NCBI GenBank assembly: GCA_964016885.1
Contig: OZ024742.1
Coordinates: 16,740,001-16,804,000 of the forward strand
Source: Eledone cirrhosa
Lineage: Eukaryota
DNA length: 64,000 nt
Direction of reading: 5' to 3'
Part shown: positions 12,001-27,000 of the stretch, piece after piece
Position numbering within the stretch: the first letter of the stretch is position 1
Layout: every line of letters starts with the position of its first letter
Notes under the pieces: generated by a model
The model's input: the letters and a program-made list of their open reading frames with translations, nothing else
Told to the model about the DNA's origin: nothing
Database searches by the model: none
Made by a program: the position numbers and the translations under genes

Positions 12001-15000
12001 GAAGTACACAATTCTATCCAACAGGTTGGAAGTACAGTCTGACAGTTTGAGAAGTACACAATTCTAACCAATAGGTTCGAAGTACAGTCTGACAGTTTGA
12101 AAATTACACACTTCTATCCAACAGGTTGGAAGTACAGTCTGACAGTTTGATAAGTACACAATTCTATCAAACAGGTTCGAAGTAGAGTCTGACAGTTTAA
12201 GGAGAACACAATTGTATCCAACAGGTTGGACGTACAGTCTGACAGTTTTAGGAGAAGTACACAATTCTAGCCAACAGGTTGGAAGTACAGTCTAACAGTT
12301 TGAGGATTACAACATTCTATCCAACAGGTTCGAAGTACAGCCTGACAGTTTGAAGAGTACACACTTCTATCCAACAGGTTGGCAGTACAGTTGGACAGTC
12401 TAAGAAGTATACAATTCTATCCAACAGGTTGGAAGTACAGTCATACAGTTTGAGGAGTACACAATTCTGTCCAACAGGTTGGAAGTACAGTCATAGAGTT
12501 TGAGGAGTACACACTTCTATCCAACAGGTTGGAAGTACTGTCTGACAATTTGAGGTGTACACAATTCTATCCAATAAGTTCGACGTACAGTCTGACAGTT
12601 TGAGGAGTACAAAATTCTAACCAACAGGTTCGAAGTACAGACTGAGAGTTTGAGAAAAACAAACAATTATATCAAACACGTTGGAAGCACAGTCTGACAG
12701 TTTGAGGAGTACACAATTTTCTCAAACAGCTTCGAAGTACAGTCTGATAGTTTGAGGAGTACACACTTCTATCCAACAGGTGGGATGTACAGTCGGACAG
12801 TTTGAGAAGTACACAATTCTAACCAACAGATTCGAAGTACAGTCTGACAGTTTGAGAAGTACACAATTCTATCAAACAGGTTCGAAGTAGAGTTTGACAG
12901 TATGAGAATTACACAATTCTATCCAACAGGTTGGAAGTACAGTCTGACTGTTTGAGGAGTACCCAATTCTATCAAACAGGTTGGAAGTACAGTCTGACAG
13001 TTTGAGAAGTACACAATTCTATCAAACAGGTTCGAAGTACAGTCTGACAGTTTGAGGAGAACACAATTCTATCCAACAGGTTGGAAGTACAGTTTGACAG
13101 TTTGAGGAGTACACAATTCTATCTAAAAGATTGGAAGTACAGTCTGACAGTTTGGGAAGTACACAATTCTATCCAACCGTTCGGAAGTACAGTCTCACAG
13201 TTTGAGGAGTACACACTTCTATCAAACAGGGTCGAAGTACACTCTGACAGCTTGAGGAGTACACAATTCTATCAAACGTGTTCGAAGTACAGTCTGACAG
13301 TTTGAGGAGTACAACAGTCTATCATACATGTTCGAAGTACAGTCTGACAGTTTGATGAGTACACAATTTTATCCGATGAGTTCGAAGTACAGTCTGACAG
13401 TTTGAGGAGGCTTACACAATTCTATCCAACAGGCTGGAAGTACAGTCTGACAGTGTGAGGAGTACACACTTCTATCCAAGAGGATCTAAATACTGTTTGA
13501 CAGTTTGAGGAGTACACAATTCTGTCCAACAGGTTGGAAGTATAGACTGACAGTATGAGGAATACACAATTCTATCAAACAGGTTGGAAGTACCATCAGA
13601 CAGTTTGAGGACTACACAATTCTCTCCAACAAGTTTGCATACAGTCTGACAGTTTGAGGAGTACACACTTCTATCAATCAGGTTGGAAGTACAGTCTGAC
13701 AGTTTGAGAAGTAAACACTTCTATCCAACAGGTTCAACGTACACTCTGAGAGTTTGAGAATTACACACTTCTATCCAACAGGTTGAAAGTACAGTCTGAC
13801 AGTTTGAGGAGAACAAAATTCTATCCAACAGGTTGGAAGTACACTCTGACAGTTTGAGGAGTACACAATTCTGTCAAACTAGTTCAAAGTACAGTCTGAC
13901 AGTTTGAGGAGTACACAATTCTATCCAACAGGTTGGAAGTACAGTCTGACAGTTTGAGGAGTACACCATTCTATCCAACAGGTTGGAATTACAGTTTGAC
14001 ATCTTGAGGAGTACACAATTTTATCTAAAAGATTGGAAGTACAGTCTAACAGTTTGAGAAGTACAAAATTCTATCAAACTGGTTGGAAGTACAGTCTGTC
14101 AGTTTGACGAGTACATACTACTATCAAACTGGTTGGAAGTACTGTCTGACAGTTTGAGGAGTACACACTTCTATCCAATGATATCGAAGTACAGTCTGAC
14201 AGTCTGAGGAGTATACACGTCTATCAAACAGGTTCGAAGTACAGTCTGAAAGTTTGAGGAGAAAACAATTCTATACAACAGGTTTGGAGTACATTCTGAC
14301 AGTTTGAGGAGTACACCATTCTATCAAACTGGTTGGAAGTACAGTCTGTCAGTTTGAGGAGTACATACATCTATCAAACTGGTTGGAAGTAAAGTCTGAC
14401 AGTTTGAGGCGTACACACTTCTATCAAACAGGTTCTAATTACAGTCTGACGGTTTGAGGAGTACACAATTCTATCCAACGAGTTAGAAGTACAGTCTGAC
14501 AGTTTGATGAGTACACCATTCTATCAAACTGGTTGGAAGTACAGTCTGTCAGTTTGAGGAGTACATACATCTATCAAACTGGTTGGAAGTAAATTCTGAC
14601 AGTTTGAGGCGTACACACTTCTATCAAACAGGTTCTAAGTACAGTCTGACAGTTTGAGGAGTACACATTTCTATCCAACAGATCGGAAGTACAGTCTGAC
14701 AGTTTTAGGAGTACACACTTCTATCCAACAGATTGGAAGTACAGTCTGACAGTTTGAGAAATACACAATTCTATCCAACAGGTTGGAAGTACAGTCTGAC
14801 AGTTTGAGGAGAACACAATTCTATACAACAGATTTGGAGTACATTCTGACAGTTTGCGGAGTACACAATTCTATCAAACAGGTTCGCAGTACAGTCAGAC
14901 AGTTTGAGGAGTACACACTTCTATCAAACAGGTTGGAAGTAAAGTCTGACAGTTTGATGACTACACAATTCCATCAAACAGGTTTGGAGTACATTCTGAG

Positions 15001-18000
15001 AGGTTGCGGAGTACACAATTCTATAAACATGTTCGAAGTACAGTCTGACAGTTTGAGGAAAACACACAATTATATCAAACACGTTGGAAGCACACTCTGA
15101 CAGTTTGAGGAGTACACAATTCTCTCAAACAGGTTCGAAGTACAGTCTGACAGTTTGAGGAGTACACACTTCTATCAAACAGGTTCGAAGTACAGTCTGA
15201 CAGTTTGAGAAGTACACAATTCTAACCAACAGATTGGAAGTACAGTCTGACAGTTTGAGGAGAACAACGTTCTATCCAACAGGTTGAAAGTACAGTCTGA
15301 CAGATTGAGGAGTACACAATTATGTCCAACTTGTTGGAAGTACAGTCATACAGTTTGACGAGTACACACTTCTATCCAACAGGTTGAAAGTACAGTCTGA
15401 CAGTTTGAGGAGTACACAATTCTATACAACAGGTTGGAAGTACAGTCTGATTGTTTGAGGAGTATCTAATTCTATCAAACTGGTTGGAAGTACAGTCTGA
15501 CAGTTTCAGGAGTACGCAATTCTATCAAACGGATTGGAAGTACAGTCTGACAGTTTGAGAAGTACACGATTCTATCAAACAGGTTCGAAGTACAGACTGA
15601 CAGTTTTAGGAGTAGACAATTCTATCCAACAGGTTGGAAGTACAGTCTGACAGTTTGAGGAGTACACCATTCTATCCAACATGTTGGAAGTATAGTTTGA
15701 CATCTTGAGGAGTACATAATTTTATCTAAAAGATTGGAAGTACAGTCTGACAGTTTGAGAAGTACACAATTCTATCCAACTGGTTGGAAGTACAGTCTGT
15801 CAGTTTGAGGAGTACACACTTCTATCAAACTGGTTGGAAGTACAGTCTGGCAGTTTGAGGAGTACACACTTCTATCCAATGATATCGAAGTACAGTCTGA
15901 GTCTGAGGAGTATACACTTCTATCAAACAGGTTCGAAGTACAGTCTGACAGTTTGAGGAGAACACAATTCTATACAACAGATTTGGAGTACATTCTGACA
16001 GTTTGCGGAGTACACAATTCTATCAAACAGGTTCGCAGTACAGTCAGACAGTTTGAGGAGTACACACTTCTATCAAACAGGTTTGAAGTAAAGTCTGACA
16101 GTTTGAGGACTACACAATTCCATCAAACAGGTTTGGAGTACATTCTGAGAGGTTGCGGAGTACACAATTCTATAAACATGTTCGAAGTACAGTCTGACAG
16201 TTTGAGGAAAATACACAATTATATCAAACACGTTGGAAGCACACTCTGACAGTTTGAGGAGTACACAATTCTCTCAAACAGGTTCGAAGTACAGTCTGAC
16301 AGTTTGAGGAGTACACACTTCTATCAAACAGGTTCGAAGTACAGTCTGACAGTTTGAGAAGTACACAATTCTATCAAACAGGTTCGAAGTACAGTCTGAC
16401 AGTTTGCCGTGTACATACTTCTATCAAACAGGTTCGAAGTACAGTCTGACAGCTTGAAGAGTACATAATTCTATCAAACAGGTTCGAAGTACAGTCTGAC
16501 AGTTTGAGGAGAACAACATTCTATCCAACAGGTTCGAAGTACAGTCTGACAGTTTGATGAGTACACAATTCTATGCGATGATTTCGAAGTACAGCCTGAC
16601 AGTTTGAGGAGTACACAATTCTAACCAACAGGTTGGAAGTACAGTCTGACAGTTTGAAGATTACACAATTCTATCCAACAGGTTGAAAGTACAGTCTGAC
16701 AGATTGAGGAGTACACAATTCTGTCCAACTTGTTGGAAGTACAGTCATACAGTTTGAGGAGTACACACTTCTATCCAATAAGTTCGAAGTACAGTCTGAC
16801 AGTTTGAGAAGTACAAAATTCTAAGCAACAGGTTCGAAGTACAGTCTGCCAGTTTGAGGAGGAGTACACAATTCTATCAAACACATTGGAAGCACATTCT
16901 GATAGTTTGAGGAGTACACAATTCTATCAAACAGGTTCGAAGTACACTCTGACATTTTGAGGAGTACACACTTCTATCAAACACGTTGGAAGTAAAGTCT
17001 GACAGTTTGAGGACTACACAATTCCATCAAACAGGTTTGGAGTACAATCTGAGAGGTTGCGGAGTACACAATTCTATATACATGTTCGAAGTACAGTCTG
17101 ACAGTTTGAGGAAAACACACAATTATATCAAACACGTTGGAAGCACACTCTGATAGTTTGAGGAGTACACAATTCTCTCAAACAGGTTCGAAGTACAGTC
17201 TGACAGTTTTAGGAGTAGACAATTCTATGCAACAGGTTGGAAGTACAGTCTGACAGTTTGAGGAGTACACCATTCTATCCAACATGTTGGAAGTATAGTT
17301 TGACATCTTGAGGAGTACATAATTTTATCTAAAAGATTGGAAGTACAGTCTGACAGTTTGAGAAGTACACAATTCTATCCAACTGGTTGGAAGTACAGTC
17401 TGTCAGTTTGAGGAGTACATACTTCTATCAAACAGGTTCGAAGTACAGTCTGACAGCTTGAAGAGTACATAATTCTATCAAACAGGTTCGAAGTACAGTC
17501 TGACAGTTTGAGGAGTACACACTTCTATCCAACAGGTTCGAAGTACAGCCTGACAGTTTGAGGAGTACACAATTCTATCCAACAGGTTAGAAGTACAGTC
17601 TGACAGTTTGAAGATTACACAATTCTATCCAACAGGTTGAAAGTACAGTCTGACAGATTGAGGAGTACACAATTCTGTCCAACTTGTTGGAAGTACAGTC
17701 ATACAGTTTGAGGAGTACACACTTCTATCCAATAAGTTCGAAGTACAGTCCGACAGTTTGAGAAGTACAAAATTCTAAGCAACAGGTTCGAAGTACAGTC
17801 TGACAGTTTGAGGAGCAGTACACAATTCTATCAAACACGTTGAAAGCACAGTCTGATAGTTTGAGGAGTACACAATTCTATCAAACAGGTTCGAAGTACA
17901 CTCTGACATTTTGAGGAGTACACACTTCTATCAAACAGGTTCGAAGTACAGTCTGACAGTTTGAGAAGTACACAATTCTAACCAACAGGTTCTAAGTACA

Positions 18001-21000
18001 GTCTGACAGTTTGAGGAGCACACACTTCCATCCATCAGGTTGGAAGTACAGTCTGACAGTTTGAGAAGTACACAATTCTAACAAACAGGTTCGAAGTAGA
18101 GTTTGACAGTTTAAGATGTACACAATTCTCTACAACAGGTTGGAAGTACAGTCTGACAGTTTGAGGAGGAGTACACAATTCTAGCCAACAGGTTGGAAGT
18201 ACAGTCTGACAGTGTGAGGAGTACACACTTATATCCAACAGGTGGGAAGTACAGTCTGATAGTTTGAGAAGCACAGAATTCTATCAAAGAGGATCGATGT
18301 ACAGTGTGACGGTTTGAGAAGTACACGATTCTATACAAAAGGTTGGAAGTTCAGTTCGACAGTTTGAGGAGTACACAATTCTGTCCAACACTTTGGAAGT
18401 ACAGACTGACAGTTTGAGGAATACACAATTCTATCAAACAGGTTGGAAGTACAGTTTGATAGGTGAAGGAGTACACACTTCTATCAAACAGGTTGGAAGT
18501 ACAGTCTGACAGTTTGAGGAGTACATAATTCTATCAAACAGGTTAGAAGTACAGTCGGACAGTTTGAGCAGTACACAATTCTCTCCAACTGGTTTGCATA
18601 CATTCTGACAGTTTGCGGAGTACAAACTTCTATCAAATAGGTTGGAAGTACAGTCTGACGGTTTGAGGAGTACACAATTCTGTCCAACAGGTTGGAAGTA
18701 CAGTCTGAAAGTTTGAGGATTACACCATTCTATCCAACAGGTTGGAAGTACAGTCTGACAGTTTGGGAAGTACACAATTCTATCAAAAAGGTTGGAAGTA
18801 CAGTCTCACAGTTTGAGGAGGATACAATTCTATCAAACAGGTCCGAAGAACACTCTGAGAGCTTGAGGAGTACACAATTCTATCAAACATGTTCGAAGTA
18901 CAGTCTGACAGTTTGAGGAGTAGAACATTCTATCATACATGTTCGAAGTACAGTCTGACAGTTTGATGAGTACACAATTCTATCAAACTGGTTGGAAGTA
19001 CAGTCTGTCAGTTTGAGGAGTACACACTTATATCAAACTGGTTGGAAGTACAGTCTGGCAGTCTGAGGAGTACACACTTCTATCCAATGATATCGAAGTA
19101 CAGTCTGTCAGTCTGAGGAGTATACACTTCTATCAAACAGGTTCGAAGTACAGTCTGACAGTTTGAGGAGAACACAATTCTATACAACAGGTTTGGAGTA
19201 CATTCTGACTGTTTGCGGACTACACAATTCTATCAAACTGGTTGGAAGTACAGTGTGTCAGTTTGAGGAGTACATACATCTATCAAACTGGTTGGAAGTA
19301 AAGTCTGATAGTTTGAGCCGTACACACTTCTATCAAACAGGTTCGAAGTACAGTCTGACAGTTTGCCGAGTACATACTTCTATAAAACAGGTTCGAAGTA
19401 CAGTATGACAGCTTGAAGAGTACATAATTCTATCAAACAGGTTCGAAGTACAGTCTGACAGTTTGAGGAGATCACCATTCTATCCAACAGGTTCGAAGTA
19501 CAGTCTGACGGTTTGATGAGTACACAATTCTATCCGATGAGTTCGAAGTACAGTCTGACAGTTTGAGGATTACAGAATTCTATCCAACAGGTTGAAAGTA
19601 CAGTCTGACAGATTGAAGTGTACACAATTCTGTCCAACTTGTTGGAAGTACAGCCTGACAGTTTGAGGAGTACGACATTCTAAGCAACAGGTTCGAAGTA
19701 CAGTCTGACAGTTTTAGGAGGAGTACACAATTCTATCAAACACGTTGGAAGCGCAGTCTGATTGTTTGAGGAGTACACAATTCTATCAAACAGGTTCGAA
19801 GTACACTCTGACAGTTTGAGGAGTACACACTTCTATCAAACAGGTTCGAAGTACAGTCTGACAGTTTGAGAAGTACACAATTCTAATCAACAGGTTGGAA
19901 GTACAGTCTGACAGTTTGAGGAGCACACACTTACATCTAACAGGTTGGAAGTACAGTCTGACAGTTTGAGAAGTACACAATTCTATCAAACGGGTTCTAC
20001 GTAGTGTTTGACAGTTTAAGAAGTACACAATTCTCTCCAACAGGTTGGAAGTACAGTCTGACAGTTTGAGGAGGAGTACACAATTCTAGCCAACAGGTTG
20101 GAAGTACAGTCTGACAGTGTGAGGAGTACACACTTCTATCCAACAGGTGGGAAGTACAGTCTGATAGTTTGAGAAGCACAGAATTCTATCAAAGAGGATC
20201 GAAGTACAGTGTGACAGTTTGAGAAGTACACAATTCTATACAAAAGGTTGGAAGTACAATCTGACAGTTTGAGGAGTACACAAGTATTAAACAAAAAGTT
20301 GGAAGTACAGTTCGACAGTTTGAGGAGTACACAATTCTGTCCAACACTTTGGAAGTACAGACTGACAGTTTGAGGAATAAACCATTGTATCAAATAGGTT
20401 GGAATACAGTTTGACAGGTGAAGGAGTACACACTTCTATCAAACAGGTTGGAAGTACAGTCTGACAGTTTGAGGAGTACACAATTCTGTCGAACTGGTTA
20501 GAAGTACAGTCTGACAGTTTGAGCAGTACACAATTCTCTCCAACTGGTTTGCATACATGCTGACAGTTTGAGGAGTACAAACTTCTATCAAATAGGTTGG
20601 AAGTACAGCCTGACAGTTTGAGAAGTACACAATTCTATCAAACTGGTTGGAAGTACAGTCTGTCAGTTTGAGGAGCACACACTTCCATCAAACTGGTTGG
20701 AAGTACAGTCTGACAGTTTGAGGCGTACACACTTCTATCAAACAGGTTCGAAGTACAGTCTTACAGTTTGAGGCGTACACAATTCTATCCAATGAGTTAG
20801 AAGTACAATCTGACAGTTTGAGGTGTACACACTTCTATCAAACAGGTTCGAAGTACAGTCTGACAGTTTGACGAGTACACACTTCTATCCAACAGGTTGG
20901 AAGTACAGTATGACAGTGTGGGGAGTACACAATTCTATCAAACAGGTTGGAAGTACAGTTTGACTGTTTCAGGAGTACCTAATTCTATCAAACTGGTTGG

Positions 21001-24000
21001 CAGTACAGTCTGACAGTTTCAGGAGTACGCGATTCTATTAAACGGATTGGAAGTACAGTCTGACAGTTTGAGAAGTACACGATTCTATCAAACAGGTTCG
21101 AAATACAGTCTGACAGTTTGAGAAGTACATAATCTATCCAACACGTTGGAAGTACAGTCTGACAGTTTGAGGAGTACACAATTCTATCAAACAGGTTCAA
21201 AGTACAGACTGAGAGTTTGAGGAGTACACACTTCTATCAAACAGGTTCGAAGTACAGTCTGACACTTTGAGGAGTACATAATTCTATCCAACAGGTTGGA
21301 AGTACAGTCTGAAAGTTTGAGGATTACACCATTCTATCCAACAGGTTGGAAGCACAGTCTGACAGTTTGGGAAGTACACAATTATATCTAAAATGTTGGA
21401 AGTACAGTCTCACAGTTTCAGGAGGACACGATTCTATCAAACAGGTTCGAAGTACACTCTGAGAGCTTGAGTACATAATTATATCCGATGAGTTCGAAGT
21501 ACAGCCTGACAGTTTGAGGAGTACACAATTCTATCCAACAGGTTGGAAGTACAGTTTGACAGTTTGAGAAGTACACAATTCTATCCAACAGGTTGGAAGT
21601 ACAGTCTGAAAGTTTGAGGATTACACCATTCTATCCAACAGGTTGGAAGCACAGTCTGACAGTTTGGGAAGTACACAATTATATCTAAAATGTTGGAAGT
21701 ACAGTCTCACAGTTTCAGGAGGACACGATTCTATCAAACAGGTTCGAAGTACACTCTGAGAGCTTGAGTACATAATTATATCCGATGAGTTCGAAGTACA
21801 GCCTGACAGTTTGAGGAGTACACGATTCTATCAAACAGGTTCGAAGTACAGTCTGACAGTTTAAGGAGTTCACAATTCTATCCAATGATTTCGAAGTACA
21901 TTCTGACAGTTTGAGGAGGAGTACACAATTCTATCAAACATGTTGGAAGTACATTTTGACAGTTTGAGGAGTACACAATTCTGTCCAACAGGTTGGAAGT
22001 ACAGACTGACAGGTTAAGGTATACACAATTCTATCAAACAGGTTTGCATACAGTCTGGCAGTTTGAGGAGTACACACTTCTATCAAACAGGTTGGATGTA
22101 CGGTCTGTCAGTTTGAGGAGTACACACTTCTATCAAACTGGTTGGAAGTACAGTCTGACAGTTTGAGGAATACACATTTCTATCAAACTGGTTCAAAGTA
22201 CAGTCTGACAGTTTGAGGAGTTCACAATTCTATCCAATGATATCGAAGTACAGTCTGATAGACTGAGGAGTACACACTTCTATCAAACAGGTTCGAGGTA
22301 CAGTCTGACAGTTTGAGGAGAACACAATTATATCAAACAGGTTGGAAGTACGGTCTGACTGTTTGAGGAGTACCCAATTCTATCAAACAGGTTGGAGGTA
22401 CAGTCTGACAGTTTGAGGAGTACACAATTCTATCCGATGTGTTCGATGTACAGCCTGACAGTTTAAGGAGTACACAATTCTATCGAACAGGTTCGAAGTA
22501 CAGTCTGACAGTTTGAGGAGTACACACTTCTATCAAACAGGTTCGACGTACAGTCTGGCAGCTTGAGGTGTACACAATTCTATCCAACAGGTTGGAAGTA
22601 CAGTCTGACAGTTTGAGGAGTACACAATTCTATCCAACAGGTTGGAAGTACAGTCTGACAGTTTGAGGAGTACACAAGTCTATCCAACAGGTTGGACGTA
22701 CAGTCTGACAGTTTGAGGAGTACGCAATTTATCCAATGATTTCGAAGTACAGTCTAACAGTTTGAGAAGTACACACTTCTATCAAACAGGTTCTAAGTAC
22801 AGTCTGACAGTTTGAGGACTACACAATTCTATCAAACAGGTTAGAAGTACAATCTGACACCTTGAGGAGTTTACAATTCTGTTCAAAGGTATGATGTACA
22901 GTCTGACAGTTTGAGGACTACACAATTCTATCAAACAGGTTTGGAGTACATTCTGAGAGGTTGCGGAGTACACAATTCTATAAACATGTTGGAAGTACAG
23001 TCTGACAGTTTGAGGAGTACAACATTCTAACCAACAGGTTCGAAGTACAGACTGACAGTTTGAGGAATACACAATTCTATCAAACAGGTTAGAAGTACAG
23101 ACTGACAGGTTAAGGTATACACAATTCTATCAAACAGGTTTGCATACAGTCTAGCAGTTTGAGGAGTACACACTTCTATCAAACAGGTTGGATGTACAGT
23201 CTGTCAGTTTGAGGAGTACACACTTCTATCAAACTGGTTCGAAGTACAGTCTGACAGTTTGAGGAGTACACAATTCTATCAAATGATATCGAAGTACAGT
23301 CTGATAGACTGAGGAGTACACACTTCTATCAAACAGGTTCGAGGTACAGTCTGACAGTTTGAGGAGAACACAATTCTATACAACTGGTTTGGAGTAAATT
23401 CTGACAGTTTGCGGAGTACACTATTCTATCAAACTGGTTGTAAGTACAGTCTGTCAGTTTAAGGAGTACACACTTCTATCAAACTGGTTGGAAGTAAAGT
23501 CTGACAGTTTGAGGCGTACACACTTCTATCAAACAGGTTCGAAGTACAGTCTGACGGTTTGAGGAGTACACAATTCTATCCAACAGGTTGGAAGTAGTGT
23601 CTGACAGTTTGAGGAGAACACAATTTTATACGACAGATTTGTAGTATATTCTGACAGTTTGCGGATTACACAATTCTATCAAACAGGTTCGCAGTACAGT
23701 CAGACAGTTTGAGGAGTACACAATTATATCAAACAGGTTGGAAGTACGGTCTGACTGTTTGAGGAGTACCCAATTCTATCAAACAGGTTGGATGTACAGT
23801 CTGTCAGTTTGAGGAGTACACACTTCTATCAAACTGGTTGGAAGTACAGTCTGACAGTTTGAGGAGTACACACTTCTATCAAACTGGTTCGAAGTACAGT
23901 CTGACAGTTTGAGGAGTACACAATTCTATCCAATGATATCGAAGTACAGTCTGACAGACTGAGGAGTACACAATTCTATCAAACAGGTTCGCAGTACAGT

Positions 24001-27000
24001 CAGACAGTTTGAGGAGTACACAATTATATCAAACAGGTTGGAAGTACGGTCTGACTGTTTGAGGAGTACCCAATTCTATCAAACAGGTTGGAGGTACAGT
24101 CTGACAGTTTGAGGAGTACAACATTCTATCCAACATGTTCGAAGTACAGTCTGACAGTTTGATGAGTACACAATTCTATCCGATGTGTTCGATGTACAGC
24201 CTGACAGTTTAAGGAGTACACAATTCTATCGAACAGGTTCGAAGTACAGTCGGACAGTTTGGGGAGTACACACTTCTATCAAACAGGTTCGACGTACAGT
24301 CTGGCAGCTTGAGGTGTACACAATTCTATCCAACAGGTTGGAAGTACAGTCTGACAGTTTGAGGAGTACACAATTCTATCCAACAGGTTGGAAGTACAGT
24401 CTGACAGTTTGAGGAGTACACAAGTCTATCCAACAGGTTGGACGTACAGTCTGACAGTTTGAGGAGTACGCAATTTATCCAATGATTTCGAAGTACATTA
24501 TGGCAGTTTGTGGAGGAGTACACAATTCTATCCAACAGGTTGGAAGTACAGTCTGACAGTTTGAGGATTACACAATTCTGTTCAAAGGTTCGAAGTACAG
24601 TCTGACAGTATGAGAAGTACACACTTCTATCCAACAGGTTTGGAGTACATTCTGAGAGGTTGCGGAGTACACAATTCTATAAACAAGTTGGAAGTACAGT
24701 CTGACAGTTTGAGGAGTACAACATTCTAACCAACAGGTTCGAAGTACAGTCTGACAGTTCGAGAAGTACACACTTCTATCAAACAGGTTCTAAGTACAGT
24801 CTGACAGTTTGAGGACTACACAATTCTATCAAACAGGTTAGAAGTACAATCTGACACCTTGAGGAGTTTACAATTCTGTTCAAAGGTATGATGTACAGTC
24901 TGACAGTTTGAGAAGTACACAATTCTATCCAACAGGTTTGCATACAGTCTGACTGTTTGAGGAGTACACACTTCTCTCCAACAGGTTGGAAGAACAGTCT
25001 GACAGTTTGAGGAGTACACAATTCTATCAAAGAAGTACAAAGTACAGTCTGTCAGTTTGAGGAGTACACACTTCTATCAATCTGATGGGAAGTACAGTCT
25101 GACAGTTTGAGGAGTACACACTTCTATCAAACAGGTTCGAAGTACAGTCTGACAGTTTGAGGAGTACACAATTCTATCCAATGAGTTCGAAGTACAGTCT
25201 GACAGTTTGAGGAGTACACACTTCTATGAAACAGGTTCGAAGTAGAGTCTGACAGTTTGAGGAGTACACACTTCTATCCAACAGGTTGGAAGTACAGTCT
25301 GACAGTTTGAGGAGTATACAATTCTATCCAACAGGTTGGAAGTACAATCTGACAATTTGAGGAGTACACAATTATATACAACAGGTTTGGAACTCATTCT
25401 GACAGTTTTAGGAGTACACAACTCTATCAAACAGGTTGGAAGTACAGTCTGACAGTTTGAGGAGTACACAAGTCTATCCAACAGGTTGGACGTACAGTCT
25501 GACAGTTTGAGGAGTACGCAATTTATCCAATGATTTCGAAGTACAGTCTAACAGTTTGAGAAGTACACACTTCTATCAAACAGGTTCTAAGTACAGTCTG
25601 ACAGTTTGAGGACTACACAATTCTATCAAACAGGTTAGAAGTACAATCTGACACCTTGAGGAGTTTACAATTCTGTTCAAAGGTATGATGTACAGTCTGA
25701 CAGTTTGAGGACTACACAATTCTATCAAACAGGTTTGGAGTACATTCTGAGAGGTTGCGGAGTACACAATTCTATAAACATGTTGGAAGTACAGTCTGAC
25801 AGTTTGAGGAGTACAACATTCTAACCAACAGGTTCGAAGTACAGACTGACAGTTTGAGGAATACACAATTCTATAAAACAGGTTGGAAGTACAGACTGAC
25901 AGGTTAAGGTATACACAATTCTATCAAACAGGTTTGCATACAGTCTGGCAGTTTGAGGAGTACACACTTCTATCAAACAGGTTGGATGTACAGTCTGTCA
26001 GTTTGAGGAGTACACACTTCTATCAAACTGGTTGGAAGTACAGTCTGACAGTTTGAGGAATACACATTTCTATCAAACTGGTTCGAAGTACAGTCTGACA
26101 GTTTGAGGAGTACACAATTCTATCCAATGATATCGAAGTACAGTCTGACAGACTGAGGAGTACACAATTCTATCAAACAGGTTCGCAGTACAGTCAGACA
26201 GTTTGAGGAGTACACAATTATATCAAACAGGTTGGAAGTACGGTCTGACTGTTTGAGGAGTACCCAATTCTATCAAACAGGTTGGAGGTACAGTCTGACA
26301 GTTTGAGGAGTACAACATTCTATCCAACATGTTCGAAGTACAGTCTGACAGTTTGATGAGTACACAATTCTATCCGATGTGTTCGATGTACAGCCTGACA
26401 GTTTAAGGAGTACACAATTCTATCGAACAGGTTCGAAGTACAGTCTGACAGTTTGGGGAGTACACACTTCTATCAAACAGGTTCGACGTACAGTCTGGCA
26501 GCTTGAGGTGTACACAATTCTATCCAACAGGTTGGAAGTACAGTCTGACAGTTTGAGGAGCACACAATTCTATCCAACAGGTTGGAAGTACAGTCTGACA
26601 GTTTGAGGAGTACACAAGTCTATCCAACAGGTTGGACGTACAGTCTGACAGTTTGAGGAGTACGCAATTTATCCAATGATTTCGAAGTACATTATGGCAG
26701 TTTGTAGAGGAGTACACAATTCTATCCAACAGGTTGGAAGTACAGTCTGACAGTTTGAGGATTACACAATTCTGTTCAAAGGTTCGAAGTACAGTCTGAC
26801 AGTATGAGAAGTACACACTTCTATCCAACAGGTTTGGAGTACATTCTGAGAGGTTGCGGAGTACACAATTCTATAAACATGTTGGAAGTACAGTCTGACA
26901 GTTTGAGGAGTACAACATTCTAACCAACAGGTTCGAAGTACAGTCTGACAGTTCGAGAAGTACACACTTCTATCAAACAGGTTCTAAGTACAGTCTGGCA